Below are positions 40,951 through 54,609 of a DNA stretch of 64,000 bases, in pieces (position 1 is the stretch's first letter; every line of letters begins with the position of its first letter). The translations under genes and the position numbers were made by a program. The notes beneath the pieces are model-generated. The model was not told the DNA's origin and ran no database searches. It saw only the letters and a program-made list of their open reading frames with translations. The stretch is from assembly GCA_973895155.1 (NCBI GenBank), contig OZ316894.1:21919867-21983866 (forward strand), written 5' to 3'. Source of the DNA: Marsupella aquatica. Its lineage: Eukaryota > Plantae > Marchantiophyta.

Positions 40951-43900
40951 ACTGTGAAGTCATTGGAGTGCCAAGACATTTGACCACGGAATGATATCTT
41001 CGATTGATCTTCTATCTGTCCTTGGTTGGGTATGCTGATATTCATCCCATGGGATCTGAAATAATCTCCAAGCTTATCCAGGAAGAATGTGGCCCAATGT
41101 TGATCGTTTCATGACAAGGTGCTGAAGAGCTCGTCCTCGTAATGGAAGACTGGGCCAGGCTCTTAGATTGAAGAAATTCTAATGAGAATTGCGTTTAAAT
41201 AGTTCGGAGATTGAGCCTGGCCTTCAGATATCTTTTTGAACATCTTGATAAATTGAAATGGATTGGCCTCTTTGTTATGCATGTCTGTCGGCGTTGGTAG
41301 CCATAAACGTAGTGTTGGGCTGAATTCTCTCCCCATAATTGATATAAATACTTCGTTCATCATTCATGTTTTATAACATCTGTAAGCTATGCCCATGGCT
41401 CAACTGTTGACTCACGCAAAATGTAGTGTGTATTTTTGTGTGGATTTGGGGGCGAATCGTTGGAAGGCATTGTACTAATTCGGGGGATGGACAGTGGTTG
41501 TCATTAATGCTTACGTGGCACGACGCTGGTACTGATGTGATTTGTTCTAATGTGTGAGGGATGAGTAAGGATATCTTTACATAACAAGCCCAACTGCTTG
41601 TGGATGAGGATCCAAGAAAATTTCTCAAAACCATACTTTTCTTAAAGTACCATGTTTATCATGTAAAGTGAAGTGTAACCACTTGCCTTTATTGAATGGT
41701 TGTGGTATGTCTGATATCAAGTTCAGTGGCAAACTGTCGCTGTCCCTGTTTGCCGCGCTTGACATGTCAAGAAACCCCAATGTGATGAAAAGGAGGAGAG
41801 TTAACTGAACATGGGTGGCAAAGTTTCAAGCTTACTGATTGTTATGAGTACACCACCCTTTGAAGCAACTGGTGATTTTCCAGACAATTGAGGGTCACTC
41901 ATTAAAATTCTTTGGTTTGCACTGTAAAGGAGCATCTCTATGGGCTTCAACTGCACAGGATGATCACTCTCTTTGGAAGAATGATAAGATCTTTACATAT
42001 GAGAAAATTGACCCCGGACCCATACTCAAACAGTATGTTTCTCATATAGTAGATTTCCTTCCATCATGACGAATTTTTGGGTGTCCAAAGATTGTTTGGT
42101 TCAACCAGGTCCCTAAGTCAAATGTTGGTGGTCCATCCAGGTATCAAGGTCCCCAGACCTACATAGACGTTGATCCCCAGATTCATCAGGACATCAACGT
42201 CCTAGGACATTCATGTTTGACTAATGCAAGAGAAGCACTGAACTTGAGGTGTAGATCAAACTTCTACCTGCCCACACTAGACAATACTCTGAATGAATTG
42301 AATTGCTATGATGATGATCTTGACAGAATGAGGCTACTTAACTTCCCATGGGTGAATTAAAAAAAAAGTAAAAAAAGAAGAGAGGAAATCTTATTCACTT
42401 GCCCTGCCAAGTATAGAAATGTCAAGAGGAGTTACCTTACCTCCCTTCTTCAGAATCATTGAATCCTGGTGCCATCATTGATTGACCTTCTATCTCTGAA
42501 TCTAAGATTGCTAATCTTTCTGACACAATGACCCTGCTACTTTATTGAATTACATAAATGATGATGTAGAACAAAACCACACCCTCCTCGAGAATAAAGC
42601 CCAGACATACTTCCAAGTTTGCAAGAATGCCAGGCTAGACTCACACAACCCACATGGACTTCAGCAAAACAGGTACATATTACACTGGAGAGTGAAACGT
42701 GGCAGGAAAACAAGACAGCCATCTTTGCAAGTTCCTAGCTCTCTTAATGAAAGTTGATACAATTAGGTTTGTTGAAAAGATCTTTCCAAGGTGCTTCTAA
42801 TGACCTAAGAACATGTATTTGGTTTCACAGCAAGGGAGAAATTTATGGGTAAACAAATTTTGGAAGTGGAAAGAGTCAGCAACAGAAGGTGTAAGGGGGT
42901 GTCACAGGGGTTGTAGAGTTCACCAGCTCAGTGAATCCTGACATCTATTTCTACTCTCCTGCCTAAAGAGGGAGGGGGCGGCGGGGATGGCAAAAACTTT
43001 CCACATTTCTATAGCCCTGAGTTTGTATGGCACTTTTCTAAAATGGCACTGAAAAAAGTGTCCATTTTCTGCCCCTTCTCCAAGAATACATTTACCTCCA
43101 AACGTGCCACCATTTAAGTGTACCCCATTATAAAAATTGTATGACACATGGCCCAGCCACACACCCACACAGAAAATGGATACTTCTAACTCTACTTTAC
43201 TTGTCCAGATAATTATGCATTCTTTTATTTTAGTGTACTAGCCCAAAACCCATGCTTACGAGATTCCCCATGCATGTTCCTGTTCACAAGCATAGTCTAA
43301 ATATTAAAAAAAATGATACCAAAAGATAAATTTTGGCTTATGGTTTCACTCTCCAGAGTATGTCATAAACTTAGACTTCCACAGCAATTTATAATGTAGA
43401 TTAGTGAATTGCTATTGCTTGCTATTATAATATAAAGCAGTGGAGGGGCAGTGGTGCTGTTCTTTGTTGACACATGTAGTTTGCCACTTTTCCGGAAGGT
43501 GAAATAATGTTATTTATCAGATCAGAACTCAGCTATGGAAGGCCAATTAGAGGAAACTAATTATGCAGTACTGTGCTTTGCCACGATGATCAGCAGTGAC
43601 GATGAGAAGACGTGGACCATATCTCTTGTAAACGAAGGGATAGCCAAACATTCCATTACAAGGCCCCATTTTGCTCTTGGAGGCTGCTGCTGACTCACCC
43701 ACAACTTACTGCTCGAGAGGAGGCCAACCATCACCTGTAAGTTTCTTCACCAGGTTTCTGATTCTGGGCAGGCACCATAGCTGACGCTTTGAATCAGGTC
43801 TTTCTTTGTGCTGAGGAACGAATGGCCAGATTTTTATGAGCTTCTGATCTGCAGATATGGTGCGATTCGTTGATGCACTTCGTTGGGAAGTGACTTTCTT

Positions 43901-44308
43901 CGCCAAATTCCAGAATTCTTGTCATTGGAAGCACACACGTTGAATTGTCGAGGTTTTGGAATGTGAGCGGAATTCTTTTGTTGTGGATTGTCTGGGGCAG
44001 CAGGGAATCTAATCCAGCGCCACTCTCGTGACATTGGGATTTTTCAATCAGAGCATTGAGTAAGTTTTGTTCATTGTGGAGCAGCGTGGGCTAATGCTCC
44101 TTTCTCTGGGTTGATACGGCGACTCATCTCGCCACAACTCCGTCAGCTACTGGGTGTTTGATTGTCGACAACAACACCCGCTTGCAGCTTCCTTGGGCCG
44201 ACAAGTAACAGCGACTGTCAGCTGGGCGGATACGGATCCTGGAGCAGTAACAGAGGGCGAGGAGGTAACCAAAGCAGCAGCAGGGGTGCATTTTGTAGCT
44301 CTGCAGGG

Positions 44309-46270
44309 ATGGCCACCCCAATGGCAGTGATGGATTTTAGAATTCTGCCAAGTGGTTTGGGTGGGAGGAATTTAGTTCAGTCTGCTAGGAGTTCTGGAAT
44401 AGTGAGCAGGAGGCGGAGGTTAATGGGCGAAAAGGGGGTGCCCCAGCATAGTACTTGTGTGAATTGTGGCACTGACGTAGGGATAATGAGGGAGAGCTTT
44501 AGCCGTGTGGGACCTCAGGTTGACGTGGGGTCGAGGGGGAGGTGTCGACAATGGAGAGTGAGGGCTACCGAGGATGCAGAGGAGAACCCACTGGGAGAGG
44601 AGGGGTACTGGGAGGGAGCTGAGGGTAAGCAGCAGCTCAATGAAATAGAAGAGATGTTGGAGCTCATCGAAGAAGCAGAGAACTTGAAAAGGGCAGAGTC
44701 GGCCGAAAGCGGGCCAGGTGAATTGACTTCTGAAGAGTTAAAGAAGCAGAGAGCTGAAAAGCTGCGTGAAGAGCTCGCAAGAGTGAGTAATTGAGTAAGC
44801 CACTCCGAGTAAGTGTTCAAGAGTGAATGAATGAATGGATTAGTGAAACAAGGACAGGAGGGTTTTGCTCAGTCGGAGATAATATGGAATTTAAGAGCGC
44901 GTTGAATTCAAGAAATGAGCTTGCATGCTAAATGAAATTGAATTTTTTGAGGTTAGACTTCCACCACTGCAGAGATGATACTAGGTTCCCATAGTATTAC
45001 GGGTTTCTAGAGGTGTACCAGAAATGGGCAGGGAGCTGGATGGTTCTAGTTCTAGCGATTACGACCAGTCATTTAGTTGCCATCTCGTATGCTATCCTGG
45101 CATGTTGAGTTGAATCTAATTAGCACGTGAAGGCGAATGCGATGAGTGTTTAGGAGGGGAAGAAGAGGTAATACAACATTTGTAGCACATTCACCGACTT
45201 TATGCAAGGGATTTGAATCTTAATCAAAACTGTAATTCGCAGCGTGCCAAGCAACAGGCTGAGCAGAGAAAGCAGGCCGAGGCCATGTTTAGTATGGGGC
45301 AACGAGCTTATGGTCGAGGTGTATACGATAAGTCTGTCGAACTCCTGGAGGCTGCCCTGACAAATGTCCATGCATCGTCCAATCTTGGAGGAGAGGTAAA
45401 AGTTTCCGTCCTTTCCGAGTTTCCTGTTGATCCCATATTTGAAGAGAAACGTTACGTGAAACAGAGACCTGTTTGCCACTCCTAGCTGTGTTTCACTGCA
45501 GATGAAGCTCGTGTAAGCTGTTGAACCTGAGTAGTTTAGCCGTTTCTGCGGATAAAGGGAAGACTGAAACGTACCCATGAGTTACTATCTCAGCTCCTTT
45601 AAGTGGTGGTACAGATCCAGATCTGGTTGGCTATGGCTTATGAGGCGCACAACAGACATGGAGATTGTATAGGTTTATACAGACGACTGGAAGCATCTCA
45701 TCCGAATAAACAGATTAGGCGCCAGGCAGCTGATCTGCGTTACATCTTGGAGGCCCCCAAACTGAAGATCTCAAAGGAGGAGATGGTGTCCATTCCAATC
45801 ATTGAACGGGACTATGATAGGTTGGTATTGCTCTAGTTGAATCATGGATTAATCAGAAATTGTGATCTTTCACGAGTCCACTTACGTACCAAGATAGATG
45901 CACGATAACACATTGAGAGGACCAGTCTAGAGTACGGCTTATGTTTCAATCAATATGTAAGGAATGGAAAAGAAGTTGAATCAAAGAAGTGCGTCCCCTT
46001 CCACTTTGCTGCAGAATAGGCGTCTTATGCACAAGGTTGTCGCTTGGCTGACATTTCATCTCCAATTCTATTTCTGGCAGGGACTCAAAATCATGGAGCC
46101 AGAAGGTTCGAGATAGAAGGCGAAAACCCATGCCTAAGTCCAAATCGAAAGACTACTTAGAGGACTGGCTGGTCTGGGATCCACCACGATGGGAACGAAA
46201 CCCCTATTTTTGGGTTGCTTTTACCGTTTGGCTCACTCTCGTTGGGGTTTCCCTAATGTTTCAAGATTGA
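44309..46270 (+). CDS. Plastid-targeted TPR-like protein with C-terminal membrane anchor (resembles AT3G05625 family), about 340 aa
   Basis: Exons: 44309-44782, 45243-45395, 45615-45820, 46081-46270; in phase. R/S-rich transit-like N-terminus, coiled-coil, GQRAYGRGVY..LEAAL, GGEIQIWLAMAYEA..HP..IRRQAADLRYILEAPKL, hydrophobic tail PYFWVAFTVWLTLVGVSLMF. Confidence 0.88.
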
Positions 46271-48024
46271 CCTCAAGTACTGAATCTTATTCATTCAAAT
46301 ATCTGTAATTACAAGGTGACACAGATGGCATGCACGCCCTAAGGGAATTGAGGTAGCTGCTTGTCCGCATGCCACCATAGGGCTGGAATTCGTATTCTCA
46401 AAAGCTATTCTACCAGAAGATTTAAGGGGTGTAATAAAGGAAAACGGGCATGGAAGTTGTTTCCAAATGTGGTTTGAAACCAACTAAGCAAAACACAGTA
46501 GCTGGAAAATGAGTTTGCTTGTTTTCAAATAAGATTCAGAAATCTCTGGTAAAATTCTTCTGCATCTCCATAATGGAAGGAAGCAACAGACTAGAGCCTT
46601 CCTGTTACTAGGTTCACAGTTCTCTCGGTATTTGGTGTATCGGTCGACGATGAATGCTCACCACCATTTACTGTGTCGTGAAATTGCGGTGTGCTTCAGT
46701 GAAAGCAGAGTAATGCTATCTATTTGAAAACCAATGTTGCATATATGGCATTGGTTCTTTGGGTCTTTCAGCTTTCCGTCCTTACTCTTTTGTGAGGTTC
46801 TTGAGGTGTTCTTCACGAGTGGATACACCTGGTCACCGCTTGATTACACTAGCACGAATACTGGTGCATATGCTCCCCGCACTAAGCCTCATGCCAGTCT
46901 CCAATCGAAGGATTCCCTTTACCTAGACTCTCATGTCTGTTCCTATTCACAATCATAGTCAAAATTTCCCATGGCCAGAGAAATTACAGCCTATGGATGC
47001 ATGTTTTCATTCTATGGAGTAGGTCAAGAACAGTATAGACAATAAAAGGGAAATTTCTGTCACCACAGAAATTATGGGCTATGGATTCTCACTCCAGAGA
47101 AGGTCATGAACTACTTGAATGACAAATCAAAGTATAGACTAGCTCAAAGTATAGACTAGCTCAATACTGGTGCGTTGCAGAGAAGAGATCACTTTTGGAG
47201 GGCTTAGATATTACAGTGGTTGATTGTAGGAAAGTAATGGGCTATGGCTTCAGTAGAAATTATGGGCTATCACTTGGATCACAGAGTATGGTATGATTGT
47301 ACCTACAAGCAACTCGTGTGATGGACTGCATGCAGTGCGCATCTCAATGTGTCTACTTGCACAGGTGCATTAGGTAGAACCAAAATGAAAATCACTGAGC
47401 TTCGAGTTTTGACACTTCAAACCATGATGGAACGAGACTAACCATCCCTTCCACACGGTTCTGATGGGTCATGATAAGCACGCTGAGCCAGTCTAATATC
47501 TAATCTAAACTAGTATGATAAAGAAGGTCCCTCGAGTGATGCTCTCATGATCCAAGCCCATGAACCATGCAACCAAGGACCCCATGGACTTTGACACCGT
47601 TTACACCTTCACTCATTGACACTCGTCTAATTTCTAAAATGGTTTTCACACAGTATGACCTTAAATATCTCTCTTGATGGCCAACAGAATGTGCACTTGG
47701 GCTAGGTTGGGCAAGTTAGAAGCATGTTGAAAAGACATTTCCGATGAGAGAAATATGAATATCTGAAGAGTACTCATGGGTCATGATACACACTTTGTGC
47801 TCTTAATTTTTTTTGAATAGCACTTATGAGTCGGTGTCCACTTTTGTGGTTTCAAAAGTTTTAGCTTTAGTTAGTTTTAGACAATGGTTGTAAATTTTCT
47901 CTGTAACCATTTTGGGAGGTAATTGCTATTCCCATAAGCTCTTGCCCAGAAGTAACCTTTTCCAGGACACATTGTTTTTCTGTATATAACCATTTCAGAG
48001 GTGCCTGCTATTACTATTTTAATT

Positions 48025-48170
48025 CATTTTAGAGGTACCCTGTTTTTCACATAATCTCTTGCCTACTATTTTAATAGATTTTAGAGGTACCCTGTTTTTC
48101 ACATAATCTCTTGCCTACTATTTTAATAGATTTTAGAGGTACCCTGTTTTTCACACAATCTCTTGCACAT
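48025..48170. repeat. 52-bp tandem repeat, about 3 copies
   Basis: TTTTAGAGGTACCCTGTTTTTCACATAATCTCTTGCCTACTATTTTAATAGA repeated. Confidence 0.9.
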
Positions 48171-48180
48171 AAGCTTCTGC

Positions 48181-49846
48181 AGGACACTAATTTAGTACTA
48201 TAATGGACTATAATGGAAGTATGAAGTACGCAGGGACCGTTTGCAGGACACTAATTAGACTATAATGAAGCGGAACTCATTGACGTACCTTTTCCAGGAC
48301 ACTAATTAGACAATAATGGAAGTCTGGCAGTGACTTATCAAGTGTCTACTGGAGGTCCGGGCGGGTTCTAACGATCAGTTGTGAGCACAGATTTGGACTA
48401 ATTAAGTGTATAATGGAGGTCTGGGCACGGGTACCAGCGATCAGTCGCAAGCACAGATTTGAGTACACTAATTAGACTATAATGGAGGTCTGGGCAGTCA
48501 CAAGCACAGATTTGAGGACACTAATCTACAACTATAATACTGCATCCCGCCTCTTTTCGTCCTTCGTCCCTTTACGAAAATCAGAAATGGCGGGAAAAAA
48601 TCATGACCATCCATTGAATTGATTATTTATTTCCCACCATCAGATGCACACAAACCCATATCATTATCTCTTTTGTTTCACAATAATAGGTATAGTAACA
48701 CTAATAGGCTTAGTAGCATGTTTAAGGTACACCTGCCAAAAGTACATGCACATAGGACAAAAGACACCTTACACATGCCCACAGTACATGCACATGAGAC
48801 TATTATACTTGAAAGTATCATGAATGTGTGTTGTACTAGAATGTACAACTAATTATTATGCTCCCATAAAAATATAATGTTATGCAATTGATGGGGAGAG
48901 TAGAAAAAAACTGCTCGGGAGCAAGAAAAGGGGAGGAGGAGAAATAAAAGAAAAACAAAAGAAATTAAAGATAAAAGTTAGGATAGGAACAAATATTAGA
49001 ATGTGGGAAAAGATGATAAAGGGAGAAAAAAATTAATTTAGTGTTTTTAAACTTCCCAAACATTTAAAAAATATACCTAAATATTTATAAATATAGTGTC
49101 AAAATGATGAGATTTTCACATCCAATGTGACAAAATTCTCTATAGTTTTTAATCATGAATGTCTTACAAAATTTTCCATATATAGTTTTAAGGTCTTACT
49201 TGGAAGCAAATCTCTTTTTCACATTGTCAACCCTATCTCACCTGAGCATCTTTTATCTATTCAACATCTTTTTCTTTACTCAAGGTCTTTTCTCATCTTG
49301 ACATCTTTATCACATCACATCATCTTTTTCTCAGTGTTGAAATCTTTTTTCATCTCGCCATCTTTTTCTCACCTTGATATCTTTATCACATCACACCATC
49401 TTTTTCTCAGTGTTGAAATCTTTTTTCATCTCATCATCTTTTTCTCACCTTGATATCTTCATCATATCTCAACATTTTTCCTTCACCTTTGCCATTTTTC
49501 TCTCTCCTTGACATCTTTTTTCAACTCGACGTCTTTAATTTCCTCATCTCGATATCTTTTCTCACCTCAACATCTTTTGTGTAATGCATAGACTCTTTTC
49601 TCTCCTTGATATCTTTTTCGCACCTTGATTTCTTTCCTTCACCTTGACATCTTTTGCTTTTATTAACATATTTTTTCACTTCGACATCCTTTCCTCACCT
49701 CAATATCTTTTGTGCAACGCACAGGCATGGGGCTAGTTAGACTATAATGGAGGTCTGGGCAGTCACAAGCACAGATTTGAGGACACTAATTAGACTATAA
49801 TGGAGGTCTGGGCAGAGTTCTAGCGATCAGTCGCAAGCAGATTTGG
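48181..49846. repeat. Array with conserved core GGACACTAATTAGACTATAATGG (7 copies), split by a Helitron
   Basis: Cores near 48182, 48246, 48297, 48395, 48463, 48516 (interrupted, resumes at 49737) and 49781. Confidence 0.85.
48525..49736 (+). mobile_element. Non-autonomous Helitron (1212 bp)
   Basis: Starts TC, ends CTAG, with subterminal hairpin TGTGC-AAC-GCACA (49711-49723). Inserted between A and T with no TSD. Removing it restores the host repeat GGACACTAA|TTAGACTATAATGG. Internal CATCTTTTTCTCACCT-type repeats. Confidence 0.92.
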
Positions 49847-50588
49847 TCGACTGAAGTTTCTAGTTCGGCCCTCTTCCTCGCGGACTCGCTGAGACCTATC
49901 GGTCGAATTTCACCAGCATGAAACCTCTGCTTTCGTAGAGCTGATTGAACATTCAGAAGGATGGGCACGGAATGTCGCTTATTCCAGGGATGAGAGCACC
50001 CATGACTAAGTAAAGCGAAACCTACTATCAATTGTGGATGGATTCTCGTGGACAACTCTTTCACAGGATTCATCTGCAACATAAAAATAGGAAGTCATGT
50101 TCGTCGCGTTGCTCTACATACTACTACCTTGAGTGAAGAGCAGTCCGAGAGAGGGAATCGAGTTCATGTGGCTGCTGTAGAGAAGCTCGCGTGCGGGTCT
50201 CAGAAGAGAATAGGTTGAAAACGTCACACGGACCAGGTACAGAGCAGAAGTGCGGAGACAGTCAGGAAGCTAGTGAACTCTACAAATTCAATGTAAAAGC
50301 ATTCTAGACGACCAACGCATCACATCACAAAGCTAGTAACCCTAGAAAACTCCCATTGGAGAATGGCGCGTCAAACATGTGAAACGGAACTTTAAATTCG
50401 GAGGTTAATTGTCAACATACACAAAGCTCAGAAGTCTCCAAAAACCGTTGTATGCTGACGAATCACATAACTCAGGGTGGTGTAAACACCCGAAAAACAG
50501 GGGGGACACAAATTTTCGCCAGAAAATTCCTGCTCAGTGCCTCGCGGCAGAGGAAAAGACGAAGAATCTATCCAGCACACGAAAGGAC

Positions 50589-52706
50589 TTAGTCAACCTC
50601 CTCCATTCTACTTCCCTCAGCATCGGCGTCGGCCTCTAGGGCGGGCATATCTGCATCTATCTCGGGAACAGTGTCATCGTCAATGCTCAGACCAAGCTTC
50701 AACATCTTGTGTATGCGCGCGCCGAATGTGTTCGGGTCCTCTAGACTAAATCCCGAGGTAAGTAACGAGGTCTCAAAGAGAAGCAAGGCAAGGTCCTTGA
50801 CCGACTTGTCGTTCTTATCAACGTCAGCTCTCTTTCTAAGCTCATCGATGATGGCATTGTCTGGGTTGATCTCTAAAATCTTCTTCGAGGACATGTAGCT
50901 CGACATACTGCTGTCACGCAAAGCTTGAGCCTTCATGATACGCTCCATGTTTGCGGTCCACCCGTACTCACCTGTTACTAGGCAGCAGGGAGAATCCACC
51001 ATATGATCGGAAACGACTACCTTCTCAACCTTATCTCCGAGAATGTCCTTCAGAACTTTAGTCAAATTCTCAAAGGAGGCTTTCTTCTCTTCAGCTTTTT
51101 TCTTCTCGTCCTCAGTCTCGTCCAGCTTCAATCCCTCCTTAGTGGCAGAGACAAGCTTATGGCCGTCATACTCCTTCAGCTGTCCAACGGCATATTCATC
51201 GATGGTGTCAACCATGAAAAGAACCTCATAGCCTCTCTTCTTCAGTTTCTCGAGGAAGGGAGAGTTTTCAACGGCCTTCTTGCTCTCTCCAGTAATGTAG
51301 TATATATCCTTCTGGCCTTCCTTCATCCTGGTCACATAATCCTTAAGGCTGGTTTGCTCTGATCCACTCTTTGTGGAATGATACCTCAGTAACTCAGCAA
51401 ACTTGGACCTGTTCTGACTATCCTCGTGAATACCTAATTTCAAATTCTTTGAATAGGCTTCGTAGAACTTGTCATACTCTTCCTTGTTCTCAGAAATCTC
51501 TGTGAACATTTCGAGGCATTTCTTTACAAGGTTTTTCCTAATAACCTTCAAAATCTTGTTTTGCTGCAGAGTTTCACGGGAGATGTTCAGAGGCAAATCC
51601 TCAGAATCGACAACGCCCTTAACAAAACTCAAGTACTCGGGAATCAATTCCTCGCAGTTGTCCATAATGAAAACACGCCTCACGTACAGCTTGATGTTGT
51701 TCTGCTTCTTCTTGGTGTCGAAAAGGTCGAAGGGAGCTCTCTTGGGAACGAATACTACAGCCTTGAATTCAAGCTGACCTTCAACAGAGAAGTGCTTCAC
51801 AGCCAAATGCTCCTCCCAATCGTTCGTCAAGCTCTTGTAAAACGCGGCGTATTCATCCTTCGTAATATCTTCTGGCTTCCTTAGCCAGATAGGCTTCTGC
51901 GTGTTAACAAGGCTCCACTCGTGAGACACCTCCTTTACCTTTTTCTTCTTTTTTTCTTCCTTCTCCTTCTCCTCATCAACTTCTTCAATTTTGCCTTCCT
52001 CTTCATCTTTCTCTTCGGTCTTCTCCTCCTCGTCGTCAGAGACTTCGACCTCAGCAGTCTTCTCGATCCACAACGAAATAGGATAACCGATGAACTCGGA
52101 ATGCTTTTTGGTAAGGTCCTTGATTCTTCTCTCTTCCAAGTATTCAAGTTGATCCTCCTTCAGGTGCAAAGTGATCTTAGTTCCACGTCCGAGCTGCTCA
52201 CCACTTGAATCACGAGTCACCGTGAAAGATCCTCCAGCTTGGGACTCCCAGATGTACTGCTCGTCGTCGTTGTGCTTGGAAGTCACGACCACCTTCTCAG
52301 CAACCAGGTAAGCACTGTAGAAACCGACACCGAACTGCCCAATCATACTCACATCCGCGCCGGCGCTCAAGGCTTCCATGAACTCCTTGGTTCCGGATCT
52401 GGCAATGGTTCCCAAATTATTGACCATATCGGCCTTTGTCATTCCGATACCGCTGTCGATGATGGATAAAGTGTTGTTGGCCTTGTTCGGGACAATGTGA
52501 ATGAACAGCTCGGGTTGGCTTTCCAGCTTGCTCTTGTCAGTGAGGCCCTGAAATCGAATTTTGTCCAGAGCATCTGATGCATTACTGATGAGCTCCCTAA
52601 GAAAAATCTCCTTATTGCTGTAAAATGTGTTAATGATCAAGCTCAGCAACTGATTGATCTCGGCCTGGAAGGCAAAGGCCTCCACATCTCCATCCTGAGT
52701 TGCCAT
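50589..52706 (-). CDS. HSP90: Cytosolic heat shock protein 90, 705 aa, single coding exon
   Basis: Continuous ORF with [61 protein letters not shown] and C-terminal MEEVD. Confidence 0.99.
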   Translation of the reverse strand: MATQDGDVEAFAFQAEINQLLSLIINTFYSNKEIFLRELISNASDALDKIRFQGLTDKSKLESQPELFIHIVPNKANNTLSIIDSGIGMTKADMVNNLGTIARSGTKEFMEALSAGADVSMIGQFGVGFYSAYLVAEKVVVTSKHNDDEQYIWESQAGGSFTVTRDSSGEQLGRGTKITLHLKEDQLEYLEERRIKDLTKKHSEFIGYPISLWIEKTAEVEVSDDEEEKTEEKDEEEGKIEEVDEEKEKEEKKKKKVKEVSHEWSLVNTQKPIWLRKPEDITKDEYAAFYKSLTNDWEEHLAVKHFSVEGQLEFKAVVFVPKRAPFDLFDTKKKQNNIKLYVRRVFIMDNCEELIPEYLSFVKGVVDSEDLPLNISRETLQQNKILKVIRKNLVKKCLEMFTEISENKEEYDKFYEAYSKNLKLGIHEDSQNRSKFAELLRYHSTKSGSEQTSLKDYVTRMKEGQKDIYYITGESKKAVENSPFLEKLKKRGYEVLFMVDTIDEYAVGQLKEYDGHKLVSATKEGLKLDETEDEKKKAEEKKASFENLTKVLKDILGDKVEKVVVSDHMVDSPCCLVTGEYGWTANMERIMKAQALRDSSMSSYMSSKKILEINPDNAIIDELRKRADVDKNDKSVKDLALLLFETSLLTSGFSLEDPNTFGARIHKMLKLGLSIDDDTVPEIDADMPALEADADAEGSRMEEVD

Positions 52707-52717
52707 ATTGGCAGATT

Positions 52718-53484
52718 CTGCACCAACAAGCCCGACGAACCGTTAGTATGGACAGAAGTCACGATGTCGAAATAATCCCATAATCAAGACAGGGAAGAGA
52801 GAGACGACAGAAATTGAACCCCCGTAGTGAAGAAAATGTGTGTGGACCACAGTACATTCCTGAGAGCCAGCGGTAGGAAAGACAAAGAGATGAGAGCAAT
52901 AGACGCCATCATACGGAGCGTCACAAAATCAACGGACCAAAACACAAACCGTTAATGCACGGGAGACGAAAAGGCTAGAGAAATACTACCTCCCATACCG
53001 AGCATCAAAATGAGAAACCACAGCAATTCCGGTAACTAATATCTAGGGGACAGAGATGATACGACATCAGAACGAGAAATGGCATCCAAAACATTCTGGA
53101 CGTTATGGACCAGAGAAAACAACGAGACGACAAAACTAGAACCCCTCACACACAGCGCCACAACGTGAAAGGACAGCAATCTAGAGGCGCAATCTAGAGG
53201 CAGGGAGCACAAAAAGATAAAACTAAAACAACTACCCATTGAGGGGGTCAGAGTCTGAAACCACAACAGCACAACTGTACCAACTGTGTCAACCTTCCGC
53301 ACGGAAATCACCAGCTCGAGGCACGTTAACTTTCTTCGCCAAAAATGAGTCGGGGGCCACTCACGAAACAATAGATGCAGAGGCAGCAACGGAGATAAAG
53401 AGACTAGACAAGTTCTACAGGTCCTCAAACAGAGCGTCGGTCTGACAAGACGAGACTGAAACTACACCAAAACAATGTACAAAC
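52718..53484 (-). other. Probable 5'-UTR intron of HSP90
   Basis: Minus-strand donor CCGAAG|GTTTGT at 53484 and acceptor TTGGTGCAG| at 52718, 11 nt before the ATG. The interior is T/C-rich on the sense strand. Confidence 0.7.
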
Positions 53485-54609
53485 CTTCGGTGCCAAACTG
53501 TGCTCGAATGGCGTCAAGGCGTCGAGCAATCCTCCTTCGCGTCCGCGAGCTACCACCCTTCCACGACACGGAGCTGGCGGCTGTGAAGAATGCGCACTAG
53601 TGGTGCTGTTGGAGCAGAAAAAGCGACGTTCTCTCGAACAAATTGGTCTCTGGGACTCCAGAGTCCAGACCGTCGGCAAAGATCCAAAGAGAGGCCGAAG
53701 AGCGGGAGAAACGCTTCCTTCTCCGCAAAATCCGGGACGGTTCAAAAGATCCTTCGTTACAGCTTCCGAACCCTAAAACCCCCAACCCTAAACCCGCAAT
53801 GACCGACCTGTACCCGCAATGACCCGAGATCACAACCCGCGATGATGAACGTGCCGAGCCTAATGTCGAGCCTGCAAGTCCACCGCGTAATTTGCCCGGA
53901 ATCCCAAACCCGCGATCCCCAACCGGGAATTCCTAAACCCGAAAAAGCCGAGCCTAACGCCGAGATGTACAGTACTGTTTTGTTCTTTCTATAATCCTTT
54001 ATTTATGCGAAAAGTTAACGGATAATGCACTGTTGATTTACCAATGTGAGTATAAAGTAAAAGAGGGAGTCAAATGCACTGGTTTTGTTTTTTTTTCAAT
54101 GTGAGTCACTTCATTGTCAGCCAAATAGGGGGCCAAGAGTGTTTCCTCTGGACTTGGCTTGCCAAAGCCAAAATGGTCTCACTCCAAACATGGTAGCCCG
54201 GCCCTATTGCCCAAATAGCAAAATGAAAATGGAACCACTGGAGTGAGAATAGCCCAAATAGCAAACATGGTAGCCCGGCCCTGTCTTTTTCCCACTTTGG
54301 CCCGGCACTCAAACACTCAACAAGCAGTTGTGGTGAGGCCCTTGAACACACTGCCATCCTGCCTTGGATGTACAAGATTGGACATGAGCACGTCAATTTC
54401 ACAATTACAGATGGTCAAACCCAGATTCAAGTGCACACATATGCTTTCAAACAAGGGACCAGTGATGGTTGCTGCTGTAGCAGAACTTGACCAGATGCCT
54501 GCACACCTTTTCACTTTGCTATAATATCAAATGGTGTATGATTTTGTGTGTGCACAAAGGGAGACTACTCTTATGAAAGTGGAAGGGATGCAAGGAAAGA
54601 TGTATATTT

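Noticed and set aside
48181-49846. CRISPR array
   Set aside because: Eukaryotic context, no cas genes, irregular spacing, and later spacers are homologous to each other.
50671-52469. Plus-strand ORFs within HSP90
   Set aside because: Antisense shadow frames of a conserved CDS.
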